Position numbers and translations under genes: made by a program
Notes under the pieces: model-generated
Databases searched by the model: none
Told to the model about the DNA's origin: nothing
Seen by the model: the letters and a program-made list of their open reading frames with translations, nothing else
Virus record (IMG/VR): IMGVR_UViG_3300036982_000611
Location: 1-56,615 of that record
Reading direction: 5' to 3' (one strand)
DNA: 56,615 bases
DNA from: a virus
Taxonomy: Duplodnaviria; Caudoviricetes
Shown here: piece after piece, positions 46,323 to 55,542 of the stretch
Position numbering within the stretch: the first letter of the stretch is position 1
How the letters are laid out: each line of letters opens with the position of its first letter

Positions 46323-46586
46323 TTAGACCTCAACAATTCGCCATTCACGTCCACTGTTCGGAGACGGCGCACAGATCTGTGCGAATTCCTTCTGGAATTC
46401 CGTCTCGTCAATCGGCTTCAGGACTGGCCACTTCAATTCTTTGTCACGCTCGACTTCCGTCCGGATCTTCGAGAACGATTCAAGGTATGCTTCCTTGACC
46501 GCGATCTCGCTGATCGGCTTCTTCGACTTCACTACCTTCGTTGGTCCGCCAGGACAACGAACAGCCCACATCGTGCTACTTGCCAT
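46323..46586 (-). CDS. hypothetical protein
   Basis: GGAAGG RBS. Confidence 0.6.
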   Translation of the reverse strand: MASSTMWAVRCPGGPTKVVKSKKPISEIAVKEAYLESFSKIRTEVERDKELKWPVLKPIDETEFQKEFAQICAPSPNSGREWRIVEV

Positions 46587-46614
46587 TCTACACCTTCCTT
46601 CATGAACTGGAAAC

Positions 46615-46650
46615 AAAAAGAGCGACGACGATCACTCGCCGTCGCTCTTC
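46615..46650 (-). terminator. terminator after the major capsid gene
   Basis: AAGAGCGACG...CGTCGCTCTT hairpin followed by a T-run on the minus strand. Confidence 0.7.
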
Positions 46651-46674
46651 GATTCGTCATCTGCTTACCGCAGA

Positions 46675-47895
46675 CTATGTTGAAGCACTGGAATCGCCGG
46701 TCAGCCAAACAGCCTTCTGTGGCTCTTTAACGTAGGCGTATCCCTTGCTGATACTGTCGTACTGAGCCACGATCCGACGACGTTGAGCTTCTTCGCTCAA
46801 GTTCAGTCGAGTCACTGCTGGGCGAATCTGATAGACCCACGCCATGAACTCAGGAATCTTACCGAAGAAGATCCACTCGTTCGCCTGAGCCTGTGTCAGA
46901 CTGTATCGTGAGACGATCGCTGAGATCAGTCGCTGATACTCGATCGGGCTGAATGTCATCCCGTTCGCAACTTCAGGGCTCATGAAGTAATGAACCGTGT
47001 CGCCAGATCCCGGACAGGTCGCATCCTTCTCAACGCTGGTTGCGTTAAGGAGAGGAAGAATCCGGTCTCGAGTTCGCTGACTCGTATACACGTTCAGATT
47101 CGTCACGTCGACCGACATCGGGCGACCGTGAACCAAGTCTGTCATGTCGTAAAACAGGTTCTTCACTGTCTGCAGGTCTTCGCCGCAGGTCAGCGTCAAA
47201 GAGGCCGCGTTGATCCAAGGTCCGCCTGAACCATCGTCGAACGGAGTGCCCGTCGCGCCATCTTCGTAGAAGATGTCGTACAGAGTTCCGCTGCGATCGT
47301 AAGTCGCGTTGTAGCCGATCAAAGTGTCGACCAGCTTTTCTTCGCGGTACAGGTTGTGAGCGTCAGCAATCTTCGGAACCTGCTGAAGAGCAAATCCGTT
47401 TGGATCCTTGCAGAGTGCTTCGCGAGTAAACGCGATGCCTGCTCCGACAGTCTTGCCGTTCGGATGCTCCAGATAATCTGAAGCAATGCCGTACAGTGGG
47501 CTTGGATCAAGTTCGCACAACTCATGAACCTTGATGTCACTGAAGACACCCCAGTCCTTGAACGACTCTTCGCACTCGCCACGGCTCTCAACCGGAGTGA
47601 TCGCAGAGAGCTTGTACTCTTCGCGAGGATTCTCCTGCAACGAGTAGCGGATGGTTCGCTGAACCATCTGATTGAACGTGCCGCTGGTCACGATGGCTTC
47701 CATCGCGTCCGAGCCCATGTTCATGATCTTCTCTTTGAAGTTCGGCCCGAAGTCCTGCTCAACGCAGAAATTCAAGTCGATATCGAAAGGCTTGATCTGC
47801 TTCGATTCAAGAGCCTCATCGAATTCTTCCAAGACCTGCTCGCCGTGCTTCTTGTAAGCGTCAACGACTTTTTTCGTGAGTTGGCGATTCGCCAT
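46675..47895 (-). CDS. major capsid protein (HK97 fold, Mu gpT-like)
   Basis: TVGAGIAFTREALCKDPNG...KIADAH...EEKLV; size and position. Confidence 0.85.
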   Translation of the reverse strand: MANRQLTKKVVDAYKKHGEQVLEEFDEALESKQIKPFDIDLNFCVEQDFGPNFKEKIMNMGSDAMEAIVTSGTFNQMVQRTIRYSLQENPREEYKLSAITPVESRGECEESFKDWGVFSDIKVHELCELDPSPLYGIASDYLEHPNGKTVGAGIAFTREALCKDPNGFALQQVPKIADAHNLYREEKLVDTLIGYNATYDRSGTLYDIFYEDGATGTPFDDGSGGPWINAASLTLTCGEDLQTVKNLFYDMTDLVHGRPMSVDVTNLNVYTSQRTRDRILPLLNATSVEKDATCPGSGDTVHYFMSPEVANGMTFSPIEYQRLISAIVSRYSLTQAQANEWIFFGKIPEFMAWVYQIRPAVTRLNLSEEAQRRRIVAQYDSISKGYAYVKEPQKAVWLTGDSSAST

Positions 47896-47933
47896 TTTTC
47901 TGTCCTAGTCTGAACCTTGGAATCACCACCAAA

Positions 47934-48467
47934 TTATGACTTGAATTCAACGAGAGCGTAAGCCTGGCTTTCAGTTCCGCTATCGTTCACAGCCTGGAAG
48001 ATTTTCACTCCAGCAGTGTCGCTCTTCTGAATCGTGTCGTTGCTCAACAGATTCGATCCGGCAACCTTGCCGAAAGTGAATCCCTGTCCGCGAGTCCAAG
48101 TCGTCGGAGCCGCAGCACCGTTAACATCCACAATCTTGTAGGCTCGCTGGAACGTCGATCCTTCGCGATACAGAGCGAACGGGATGCAGTCCGGAGAGTC
48201 GTTGCAGACACCGTCGTCGGAGTCGATTGACTGCAGGTTCACACCCTGGAATTTTGCTTTCGCGGCAGTCTGCGTGGTCGCGAGATTCGTGTCCCATGCC
48301 TGATCCGTCTGGATCAGTGCAGCTTTCAGGATTCCGGTCGCACTGTCGCTTCCGAGGAAGTCGCCAGGGCACATATCAACCAGAGTGTCAGGAGGAGTCA
48401 TGTGACGGATGTCAGTGACCGCAGGAACCTGACCGTACTGGTGCATTACTTCTAAACAGCGTGGCAT
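47934..48467 (-). CDS. head decoration/cement protein
   Basis: Between scaffold and capsid genes. Confidence 0.6.
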   Translation of the reverse strand: MPRCLEVMHQYGQVPAVTDIRHMTPPDTLVDMCPGDFLGSDSATGILKAALIQTDQAWDTNLATTQTAAKAKFQGVNLQSIDSDDGVCNDSPDCIPFALYREGSTFQRAYKIVDVNGAAAPTTWTRGQGFTFGKVAGSNLLSNDTIQKSDTAGVKIFQAVNDSGTESQAYALVEFKS

Positions 48468-48508
48468 GTTTCGCCCTTTTCAAACAAACGAACCGAAACG
48501 GTCAGTGA

Positions 48509-49489
48509 TTACTTGCCAATCCCAAGGTCCGCCAGAAGCGTACCCTTCTTGTAACCGGCCTTTGTTCCCTGCGTCGGACGGTAAGCTGGCTTCTTCGCCT
48601 GCTCTTCCTCTTCCTTGACTGGGGTTTCTTCTGTGTCGTCCGAGTTGTCGTCAACCAGCATCGGGCTGATCTTCTCCAACAGCGAACTGAATTTCTTGCG
48701 AGTGCCTTCCTGCATTTCGCAGGCACACTCAACGATTTCTTTCATCAAAGCATCTTCGACGGTAACTTCCTCGAAGATCTTTGCGAACTCAGCAGACACT
48801 TCGCTCTGCAACTTCTCAGTCGCTCGCTCGGCTTCCATCGCGTCCAGACGAGCCTGAAGGCTGTCCTTCTCTTTCTTCGCCAGTGCGAGCGCGGACTCAG
48901 TCGCGTCAGTCGCCTGTGATTCTTCGAGAATTGATTTCACGAGTTCTGGATGCTTGTCGCGGAGTGTCTTCAGGTCCATGATCTCTTCTTCCTCTGATTC
49001 GAAAATGCCAGCAGTTGTCGCTGGCTTCGTGACAATGTCGACAGACCGGAGAACTTCGATGGATTCGACAATCATGTCCCCGTCGGCACCGACTTTTCCG
49101 GACTTGATCGAGGAGTTAATCGACATTCCCAACGACTTCGGAGCGTTCACCACGTCCCACAGGAACTGTTCTGCAACAGCATGTTTCGGATTGAAATGCA
49201 CGTCCCCGAAGTAGCCTTCGCCAGGACGATACTCAACCTTCTGACCGACAACAGCGAATTTGTCCCGATAGGAGCGACTGGTCGTTGCTGTCGCTGGATG
49301 ATCGATGTAAATCGATGTCCCCGGCAGTAACTTCATCGCTGACTTCTGAACTCCGGGTGTGTCGTAGTTGCGTTTGTTGAGACTTCTCAACCCCAGCAAC
49401 TTGACTCCCCGGATAATTCCCCGCTCTCGATCAATTCGATCTTCAGCAATGGCTTCGAACGCATCTTCTGTTACGAGGATGTCACTCAT
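48509..49489 (-). CDS. prohead protease/scaffold fusion
   Basis: SLNKRNY, YIDHP, GMSINS, SVDIVTKPA, then an acidic coiled-coil. Confidence 0.82.
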   Translation of the reverse strand: MSDILVTEDAFEAIAEDRIDRERGIIRGVKLLGLRSLNKRNYDTPGVQKSAMKLLPGTSIYIDHPATATTSRSYRDKFAVVGQKVEYRPGEGYFGDVHFNPKHAVAEQFLWDVVNAPKSLGMSINSSIKSGKVGADGDMIVESIEVLRSVDIVTKPATTAGIFESEEEEIMDLKTLRDKHPELVKSILEESQATDATESALALAKKEKDSLQARLDAMEAERATEKLQSEVSAEFAKIFEEVTVEDALMKEIVECACEMQEGTRKKFSSLLEKISPMLVDDNSDDTEETPVKEEEEQAKKPAYRPTQGTKAGYKKGTLLADLGIGK

Positions 49490-49545
49490 TTGGTTCCGCC
49501 TTTGCCGCCCTTCGGTTTCTTCTTAGATCCGCAGCCACATCCCAT
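49486..49545 (-). CDS. 19-aa micro-ORF MGCGCGSKKKPKGGKGGTK
   Basis: Strong AAGGAG RBS; ATGA overlap with the protease start. Confidence 0.55.
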   Translation of the reverse strand: MGCGCGSKKKPKGGKGGTK

Positions 49546-49623
49546 GGCACTCTCCTTTTGTCAAATCGCCAAAATGACAATAAGTCATTTTGTACGAACT
49601 TGACAAGTTCGGTGCAACCGAAT

Positions 49624-51210
49624 TTACACGTTTCGCGTCGGATCTTTCTTCGAAACGCCCTTTTCTTTCATCGGATCAGCTTTATTGCCCGCCGTTGGGC
49701 CGGGAGTGCCCATGTTTTGCGGTGCTTGGGGCGATCCCGCTGGCAACGGAAGCTCTGCCGCCATCTCCAACTTCCTCTGCGCGTTCTCGGCGACCGACTC
49801 CAGCCCTTCCGGAGCCAGAACCGTCTTGTTCGCGACGATCCCTCGATCCCACCAGTCTTTCATCACCTCGTGATCTTCCTGGCGGTTTCTCGTCTGAACT
49901 CGCGGAGGCTTGATCTCCAGCACAATCTGCATCACGTCGGCAGTCGTCAGATCGTGTTCTCCTGACTCCGCAGCGTACCACAGAGCCTGCTTCAGAATCC
50001 GCAGGTCTTCCTGAACCATCAAGCTCTGCTCATACCGCATCGCCTTGTGGAACGGCCCCTCCGAGACCAGCGTCGACGCGAAATTCCCCTCGCTGACGTT
50101 TGCCGTCAGCATGAATTCCGGCAGTTTCATGCCAGCAGCACACGAGCGGAGCAACGAAACCAGCGTTTCAATGTGGTTGCTGTTCCCGGCGCCCGTCTCT
50201 GGAAACTCGTACTTAATCTGCGATGGGATTGTGACGACTGCTGCTGACGGAAAGTCGAATGTCTCTGACTGTCCGCTGCTTCCGCCGCCATTTTGCTGCG
50301 TGTTCAGGTAACTCTTGACCGAATCGCTGGAGGGATTGCCCATAATCGTGCGGATCGCACCGAATGCCGCCTGAAACGAACTCGTCCGCATCAGATTGGC
50401 CAGCAATTTCTTCGCGAAGATCAATTCTTCGCGTACCGGCCAGTAAAGCGTCAATCCTCGAGGATCTGCTGACAGCACGTTTCTCTTGCGATGCTGAACC
50501 AGAATCTGATCCTGCGACTCTTCCATCTGCGGAATCGTGTCGCCCCGGTAATCGGCCAACACGTTTTTCCGGGTGACAAACCGCAGATCCGGATACCACA
50601 CGTCCTTCAGGAAGTACGCGACCGGCTTTGCTCGCAAATCATTCGTCTTCCGGACGCCCAGCGAATCGAAGTATTCCTTCGAAGCATCATCCGGGTCGAC
50701 GAAATTGCTCCTCGGATCGTCGTCGAGATCCTGCGGCTCTCCGAAATACACCCGCACCATCCCGTCGTCGTCGTAACTCAGCAGGTCGAACACCTCGCCG
50801 TGCCGGTCGCATCGCTGACTGACTTCCGACTGCCGTGTCTGCCACTGATTCTCCGCTGTCCATAGCTCGAGGAACGCCTCAACCTTGCGCACTGACTCGG
50901 AGTTCGGCTGATTCTCGTCCTTCGGCTTGACGGTGATCGCATGCCCCGTGTCGGCGATGTAGTAGGACCGATTGTCCTTCGCATTTGTGCCCCAGGGCAT
51001 CCTGCCAAGCTGATCGCCGAGAACAATTGCCTCCCGGACATCCTGAATTGTCTCGGCAGGCTCGTCGCCACCGAACGGAAGCTGATCCCCGTTCGCGTTC
51101 ACTCCGCCGCAACTGACTCCCAGTTCCTCAAAGATCCGCGCAGCGGCCTTCGTGGCGGCAATTGACAGTTTTTCGTTCTCAATGGTCCATGTCGTCGGCA
51201 AACCGTTCAT
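49624..51210 (-). CDS. portal protein
   Basis: HGEVF, DPRGL, AAGMKLPEFMLTANVSEGNFAS; follows TerL. Confidence 0.85.
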   Translation of the reverse strand: MNGLPTTWTIENEKLSIAATKAAARIFEELGVSCGGVNANGDQLPFGGDEPAETIQDVREAIVLGDQLGRMPWGTNAKDNRSYYIADTGHAITVKPKDENQPNSESVRKVEAFLELWTAENQWQTRQSEVSQRCDRHGEVFDLLSYDDDGMVRVYFGEPQDLDDDPRSNFVDPDDASKEYFDSLGVRKTNDLRAKPVAYFLKDVWYPDLRFVTRKNVLADYRGDTIPQMEESQDQILVQHRKRNVLSADPRGLTLYWPVREELIFAKKLLANLMRTSSFQAAFGAIRTIMGNPSSDSVKSYLNTQQNGGGSSGQSETFDFPSAAVVTIPSQIKYEFPETGAGNSNHIETLVSLLRSCAAGMKLPEFMLTANVSEGNFASTLVSEGPFHKAMRYEQSLMVQEDLRILKQALWYAAESGEHDLTTADVMQIVLEIKPPRVQTRNRQEDHEVMKDWWDRGIVANKTVLAPEGLESVAENAQRKLEMAAELPLPAGSPQAPQNMGTPGPTAGNKADPMKEKGVSKKDPTRNV

Positions 51211-51260
51211 CTGATGTCTCCTCGACATCAGATTACACAGGAAAACACGTCAAAACAATC

Positions 51261-51599
51261 TTAGTAAGACTTGTATGCCGCCATTCCGGCCTGAACGAGC
51301 AGGTCGTTCACGCAAATGTCTTCCTTGAACACCTCCGCCAGATACCTGCCGTACTTCTCCTGACTGTCCCTGATCGTCCGGATGTCGATCTGAGAGCCGG
51401 CCGGCACCAGGGTAATCAGATAGTCCCGAGACGCGATCCCCTGCTCCCGTTGCGACCCCTTGACTTCCGGTGTGTTGATCCTCGCCAGCCTGAGCTTCTG
51501 CTTTACCTGCACGCCGAAACCAAGGTCAACCATGGCTGTGATCGTGTCGCCGTCGTAAATCGAAACCACGGTCGCTGAATACTGGTACTTCTCGATCAT
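51261..51599 (-). CDS. thermonuclease (SNase-like)
   Basis: VVSIYDGDT, RLARINTPE, KYGRYLA, VNDLLVQAGMA. Confidence 0.92.
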   Translation of the reverse strand: MIEKYQYSATVVSIYDGDTITAMVDLGFGVQVKQKLRLARINTPEVKGSQREQGIASRDYLITLVPAGSQIDIRTIRDSQEKYGRYLAEVFKEDICVNDLLVQAGMAAYKSY

Positions 51600-51764
51600 T
51601 GCAGGAACCTCCACCACCAATGCGACGATCTCACCGCGCGACGGTAAATCCCGACGTTCGCGTTCTGATGAAACGATTGGCAGACGATCGCCGATACCGT
51701 CTGTATCGCAAACTCTACCGGATCCGATTTCTCGCGGCAGTGACCGCACCCTCGTTTACTCATC

Positions 51765-53198
51765 TCACTTCTCCTTCCTCAGATTTTCCCAATACTCCTG
51801 CTCATATCGCGGCAACTGCGTACACATCGCCAATGCATCCGGACCATCGTCGTGCTTCCCGACGCCGGGGATGCCATCGAACTGCTTAATCTGCTGCAGC
51901 AACAGAGTCGTCCCCGGATTCTCCAAGAATCGGAACTCGCGCTGCGTCAGTCGCTTGTCCAGACCTCGGCGGATCCTCATTTCCTTCTTCAGCATGTCCT
52001 CGACCGGGATAATGAGCCCGCCTGACATCAAATACTTCGACAATGCATAGTCCAGGTGATTCGCCGCGTAGTTCATGATCAAGTCGCGGAAAATACTCTG
52101 AAACTGCGTCGATTCAATCCCAATCAGGTCGCCGCTTCTGATCCGGTGGTGGTCCTGTTCGCAGAACAGGAACAAGTCCTCAATAATCTCCGACGGCGAT
52201 CGTCGTTTTAAGTCAGCGTCGACATATGCCAGTTCTGACGTTTGTGCCATGCAAACAATTGCGCTGTAATCTCCCTTCTTCACTGAGCGACCTTTGGAAG
52301 GGTCGACGCAGAACATCCGCACAATGTCGTTGGCGTGTTTCGGTACGGGGAACTTTTCGAGCGGGATGTAGACGTTGGTGAAGAGTTCTCTGTCCCATTC
52401 TGCGCCGGTCTTTGAGGAGGCGAGCCAGCAGCCGTTCAGGAAGCGATCTCGCTCATCTTCTGACATCTGTTCTAATCGCTGCCGATAAGCTGGGTCAGAT
52501 TTTTGCAACGCCTTGTTATCACGAAGTGTCGCGCCAATAAAAGTGGCCGACGTTGTGACGCACTCTGGCTCTCCGGTCTCAGCACTGACTTCATACTGAG
52601 GTTCGTCGTACCAAACAAAGTTCGGGTCAACAAATCTGAAGTGCCTTATGACTCCCGACCTCTCAGGAAGAGCAAGTCCCGTTTCCGGACTCAACCACCA
52701 GTACAAAAATTTGTATAACCATGATGAATTATCAGGATTGCACGACATCTTCAGACGAGGCTGAACTCCCGACTTACTTCTTGCTCGGCCCCAAAGATAT
52801 TGCACAAAATTCAGAGGAAACTGGGTCGTCTCATCAATAGCCAGTGCATCAAGCTGCGCGCCTTGGTAGTCGTCGAGATTCTTTTCAAACTGACATGCTC
52901 CAAGAGCAATCTTCGCTCCACATGGAAACTCGAACTCATTGCGAGTGTGATTGTAGACTGCACCATAAGGTGAGTACATCGCCCTGCAGTGATCCAGAAG
53001 AGCCCCAGACTTCGTCAACTGCGGGTAGGTTCGCCGCATGATCAACCCTCTGAAGTCTGGATTCGCGTGCGGGCCTTGGCAGTGCCTTAGCATGTCAAGA
53101 GTTACGACGAAACTTTTTCCAGAACCTGCGGCTCCGCCATACACCAGCCACTCGGCAGTTGAACACAGAACTCTGTACTGCGGATCACTAAGTTCCAT
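51765..53198 (-). CDS. terL: terminase large subunit
   Basis: YGGAAGSGKS, AIDETTQF, SCNP, VDPS...DYSA, HDDGPDA. Confidence 0.95.
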   Translation of the reverse strand: MELSDPQYRVLCSTAEWLVYGGAAGSGKSFVVTLDMLRHCQGPHANPDFRGLIMRRTYPQLTKSGALLDHCRAMYSPYGAVYNHTRNEFEFPCGAKIALGACQFEKNLDDYQGAQLDALAIDETTQFPLNFVQYLWGRARSKSGVQPRLKMSCNPDNSSWLYKFLYWWLSPETGLALPERSGVIRHFRFVDPNFVWYDEPQYEVSAETGEPECVTTSATFIGATLRDNKALQKSDPAYRQRLEQMSEDERDRFLNGCWLASSKTGAEWDRELFTNVYIPLEKFPVPKHANDIVRMFCVDPSKGRSVKKGDYSAIVCMAQTSELAYVDADLKRRSPSEIIEDLFLFCEQDHHRIRSGDLIGIESTQFQSIFRDLIMNYAANHLDYALSKYLMSGGLIIPVEDMLKKEMRIRRGLDKRLTQREFRFLENPGTTLLLQQIKQFDGIPGVGKHDDGPDALAMCTQLPRYEQEYWENLRKEK

Positions 53199-54009
53199 CG
53201 GCTACCTTCCTTCCGTGATTCTCGTGAAATCCGTACTCCTTTTCTGCGGCTTTTCTTGCCAGTGCTGCCTCTTCAATTGTTTTGAAATGACCGAGATTTT
53301 TACTCTCTCCGTTTACTGAAATGTAGGCACAGAACCTGCCACTCTTGCTGCTTACAGAGACTCCGTTCACTCCAGTCTTATTGCTCTTTTTTGTTTTGAT
53401 GTTTTTCATGTTCACGGCATGCTTCACATCTCGCAAATTGTCGATTCTGTGATCTTGACTGTCTCCGTTTATATGGTCGATCTCGAAATCAGGCCAAACA
53501 CCGTGATGGAGCAGCCAAGCGAGATGAGTGCAGATGTATCGACACCCAAAGATATCAATTGACCCAGCGCCTTTGCCAAAGTCCGCAGGAATGAACCATC
53601 CCTCCCTGCATGACGGGCCGAGTTGCGTCTTCCAGATGAACATTCCAGTCTCAGGATCATACCCGAGATGTTCGCTAACCGCGTCTCGACCGAAACTTCT
53701 CCTCGGTAGACAAATCTTCTTCATCACGAACATGTCAGATATTTTTGTGCTTCCGTAAACATGCGACTTCAGTTCCCCGTCCGGCCACTCGCCATTCACA
53801 ATCAACCACGCAAGGCGATGAACAAGAAATCGTCTCTTGTTAATCTGTATCCACGCCCTACCGTCTCCCTTCGCTTCAGGCTTAAACCAAACCTTGGGAC
53901 GCGAACCTCCACTGCCACTTCGTTCCTTCCAACGGAACAGTCCAGTCCCTGCGTCGTATTCAATTGCAGACATCACCATTCGACGAGTATTTTTCCAGTC
54001 TTCCGCCAT
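53188..54009 (-). CDS. HNH-AP2 endonuclease with duplicated N-terminal module
   Basis: Two YD..TG/H.LAWL...G.WP units; only the second has DHINGD..D.RIDNLR. Confidence 0.88.
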   Translation of the reverse strand: MAEDWKNTRRMVMSAIEYDAGTGLFRWKERSGSGGSRPKVWFKPEAKGDGRAWIQINKRRFLVHRLAWLIVNGEWPDGELKSHVYGSTKISDMFVMKKICLPRRSFGRDAVSEHLGYDPETGMFIWKTQLGPSCREGWFIPADFGKGAGSIDIFGCRYICTHLAWLLHHGVWPDFEIDHINGDSQDHRIDNLRDVKHAVNMKNIKTKKSNKTGVNGVSVSSKSGRFCAYISVNGESKNLGHFKTIEEAALARKAAEKEYGFHENHGRKVADGT

Positions 54010-54022
54010 CCCAAATCTCCAC

Positions 54023-54152
54023 AAAAAAAACCGCCGACAAACTGGTACGAGCAGCCCGCCGACGGTTTTAGTCCAGGTGTTACCCCGGATGTTTCGTTGT
54101 CACCTCGTACGCGACCATCCCCGCATAATAACAAAACTGAATGAGAACTCAA
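54023..54152 (-). promoter_or_regulatory. promoter plus structured leader/attenuator upstream of the HNH-terL operon
   Basis: TTGAGT-16bp-TATTAT; three hairpins, the last a long stem followed by T8. Confidence 0.65.
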
Positions 54153-54207
54153 GAGTAAAACAAGCAGCCAGCGACTCGGGGGAATCGCTGACTGCTTTCG
54201 GGGAGAA

Positions 54208-54477
54208 TTACTGGTCGCGTTCGGTCACGTCGATTGTCTCTGACTCATCCAGCGACCGAGGGTTCATCGAACGCACTGTCTGCTCCACCCGGAACCTCGG
54301 CTGATCGATACTTACCCCCGTGATCGTCGCCTTCACGTCCGAGGACGGACGACCTCGCTTTGTGACGCTCTGCATCTGAGTCAACAGCGCAAATGCTGCT
54401 GTCCTCGCAATCGACTCCGAATCCGCGTTCTGAACGTCACACTCCACGTTGATCTTGAAACGAAACTGCTTTGACAT
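54208..54477 (-). CDS. hypothetical protein
   Basis: GAAGGGA RBS; hairpin downstream at 54162-54197. Confidence 0.6.
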   Translation of the reverse strand: MSKQFRFKINVECDVQNADSESIARTAAFALLTQMQSVTKRGRPSSDVKATITGVSIDQPRFRVEQTVRSMNPRSLDESETIDVTERDQ

Positions 54478-54552
54478 GGTCTTCCCTTCGACTACTGATG
54501 ACTGTGTTCTCACGACGCTGTGAAAACTGTTATCCAAGTGAAATTCTACCAA

Positions 54553-54897
54553 CTATCGGCCAATCCTGCACGCCTTACATCGCGTTTTCATCGCTACCGC
54601 TTCGCCCTGCTCGTTCCAATAGTAAACACCGTCGAATGTCAGTTTCGGCGGCGGGGAATACTGCGCGCGGTGACGTGCCTGATCCGCGAGATGGAGTTCC
54701 CTCGGGGTCGGCTTCTTACCGATCTTCTTGATGGGTGGCTTCACCGAAACTGCTGGCTCCTTCTTCGCCGGGGCCGCAACCGCTGGCCGAGATTCCATCG
54801 CAGCGAAGTACCTGTCGGCAAAGCTGGGGTCAGCCGAGAATGTGATTCGACTAGTGGCGATGGTGAGTAAAGCGAGGATGAGAGAGGTGCGGATCAT
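54553..54897 (-). CDS. hypothetical protein with signal peptide
   Basis: MIRTSLILALLTIA N-terminus. Confidence 0.6.
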   Translation of the reverse strand: MIRTSLILALLTIATSRITFSADPSFADRYFAAMESRPAVAAPAKKEPAVSVKPPIKKIGKKPTPRELHLADQARHRAQYSPPPKLTFDGVYYWNEQGEAVAMKTRCKACRIGR

Positions 54898-55100
54898 CGC
54901 TGGACTCCTGAACTGTCAATGGTGGTGGTGGAATGTGGCTGACTCTTAAATCCGTGCATCGGACAACTCCCCGAATGCATAAACAGATACGTCCCGTCAC
55001 CCGCAGGAATCCCGTTCCCGTGATTGTTGTCCATGATGGGACAAAGACATCCCTGAGAAATGGCTGCGGGGGAACCGGGGTTTGCTTGGGCTTTATCCAT
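54894..55100 (-). CDS. conserved phage hypothetical protein
   Basis: NPGS..A..QGCLCPIMDN.HG.G...CP.HG. Confidence 0.7.
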   Translation of the reverse strand: MDKAQANPGSPAAISQGCLCPIMDNNHGNGIPAGDGTYLFMHSGSCPMHGFKSQPHSTTTIDSSGVQR

Positions 55101-55473
55101 TGCAACCTCGGCATTCGTCGTCGTAATCAGTGGAATTCTTGTCTTCGTCTTCCGGAAGAACGTCGTGACTCCAGGCGTGACGCAAGTCTGTGACTGTGTT
55201 CGGCTTCATGATCATCCAGAACACGTCGTCCTTCGTGAGGGTTGTGCCCGGATCAATGAACGGAGACACAACCCCGTGGTAACGATCACACGTCTCCGTT
55301 GAAAACGCAGCGCCAAGATCCTCGCCGTTCTTGTAATACGAAGTGCCGACAATCCCGATCCGCTGACCGGCTTTCAGTGGCTCCTTCGCAACCACCAGAA
55401 CCACCGCAACGTGGATCGCGTCGCGCGGACGAAGGAATGGGTTTACTGCGCAGAGTTCGATTTCTTTGGACAT
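55093..55473 (-). CDS. conserved phage hypothetical protein
   Basis: RDAIHVAV...GVVSPF...P.TVTDLRHAWSH. Confidence 0.75.
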   Translation of the reverse strand: MSKEIELCAVNPFLRPRDAIHVAVVLVVAKEPLKAGQRIGIVGTSYYKNGEDLGAAFSTETCDRYHGVVSPFIDPGTTLTKDDVFWMIMKPNTVTDLRHAWSHDVLPEDEDKNSTDYDDECRGCNG

Positions 55474-55542
55474 GCTTTGTGAGGCTCCTTGTAAATAATG
55501 AAGTGTAATAGAATTGTAGGCAAAAGGAAGTGGGGAAGTTTG

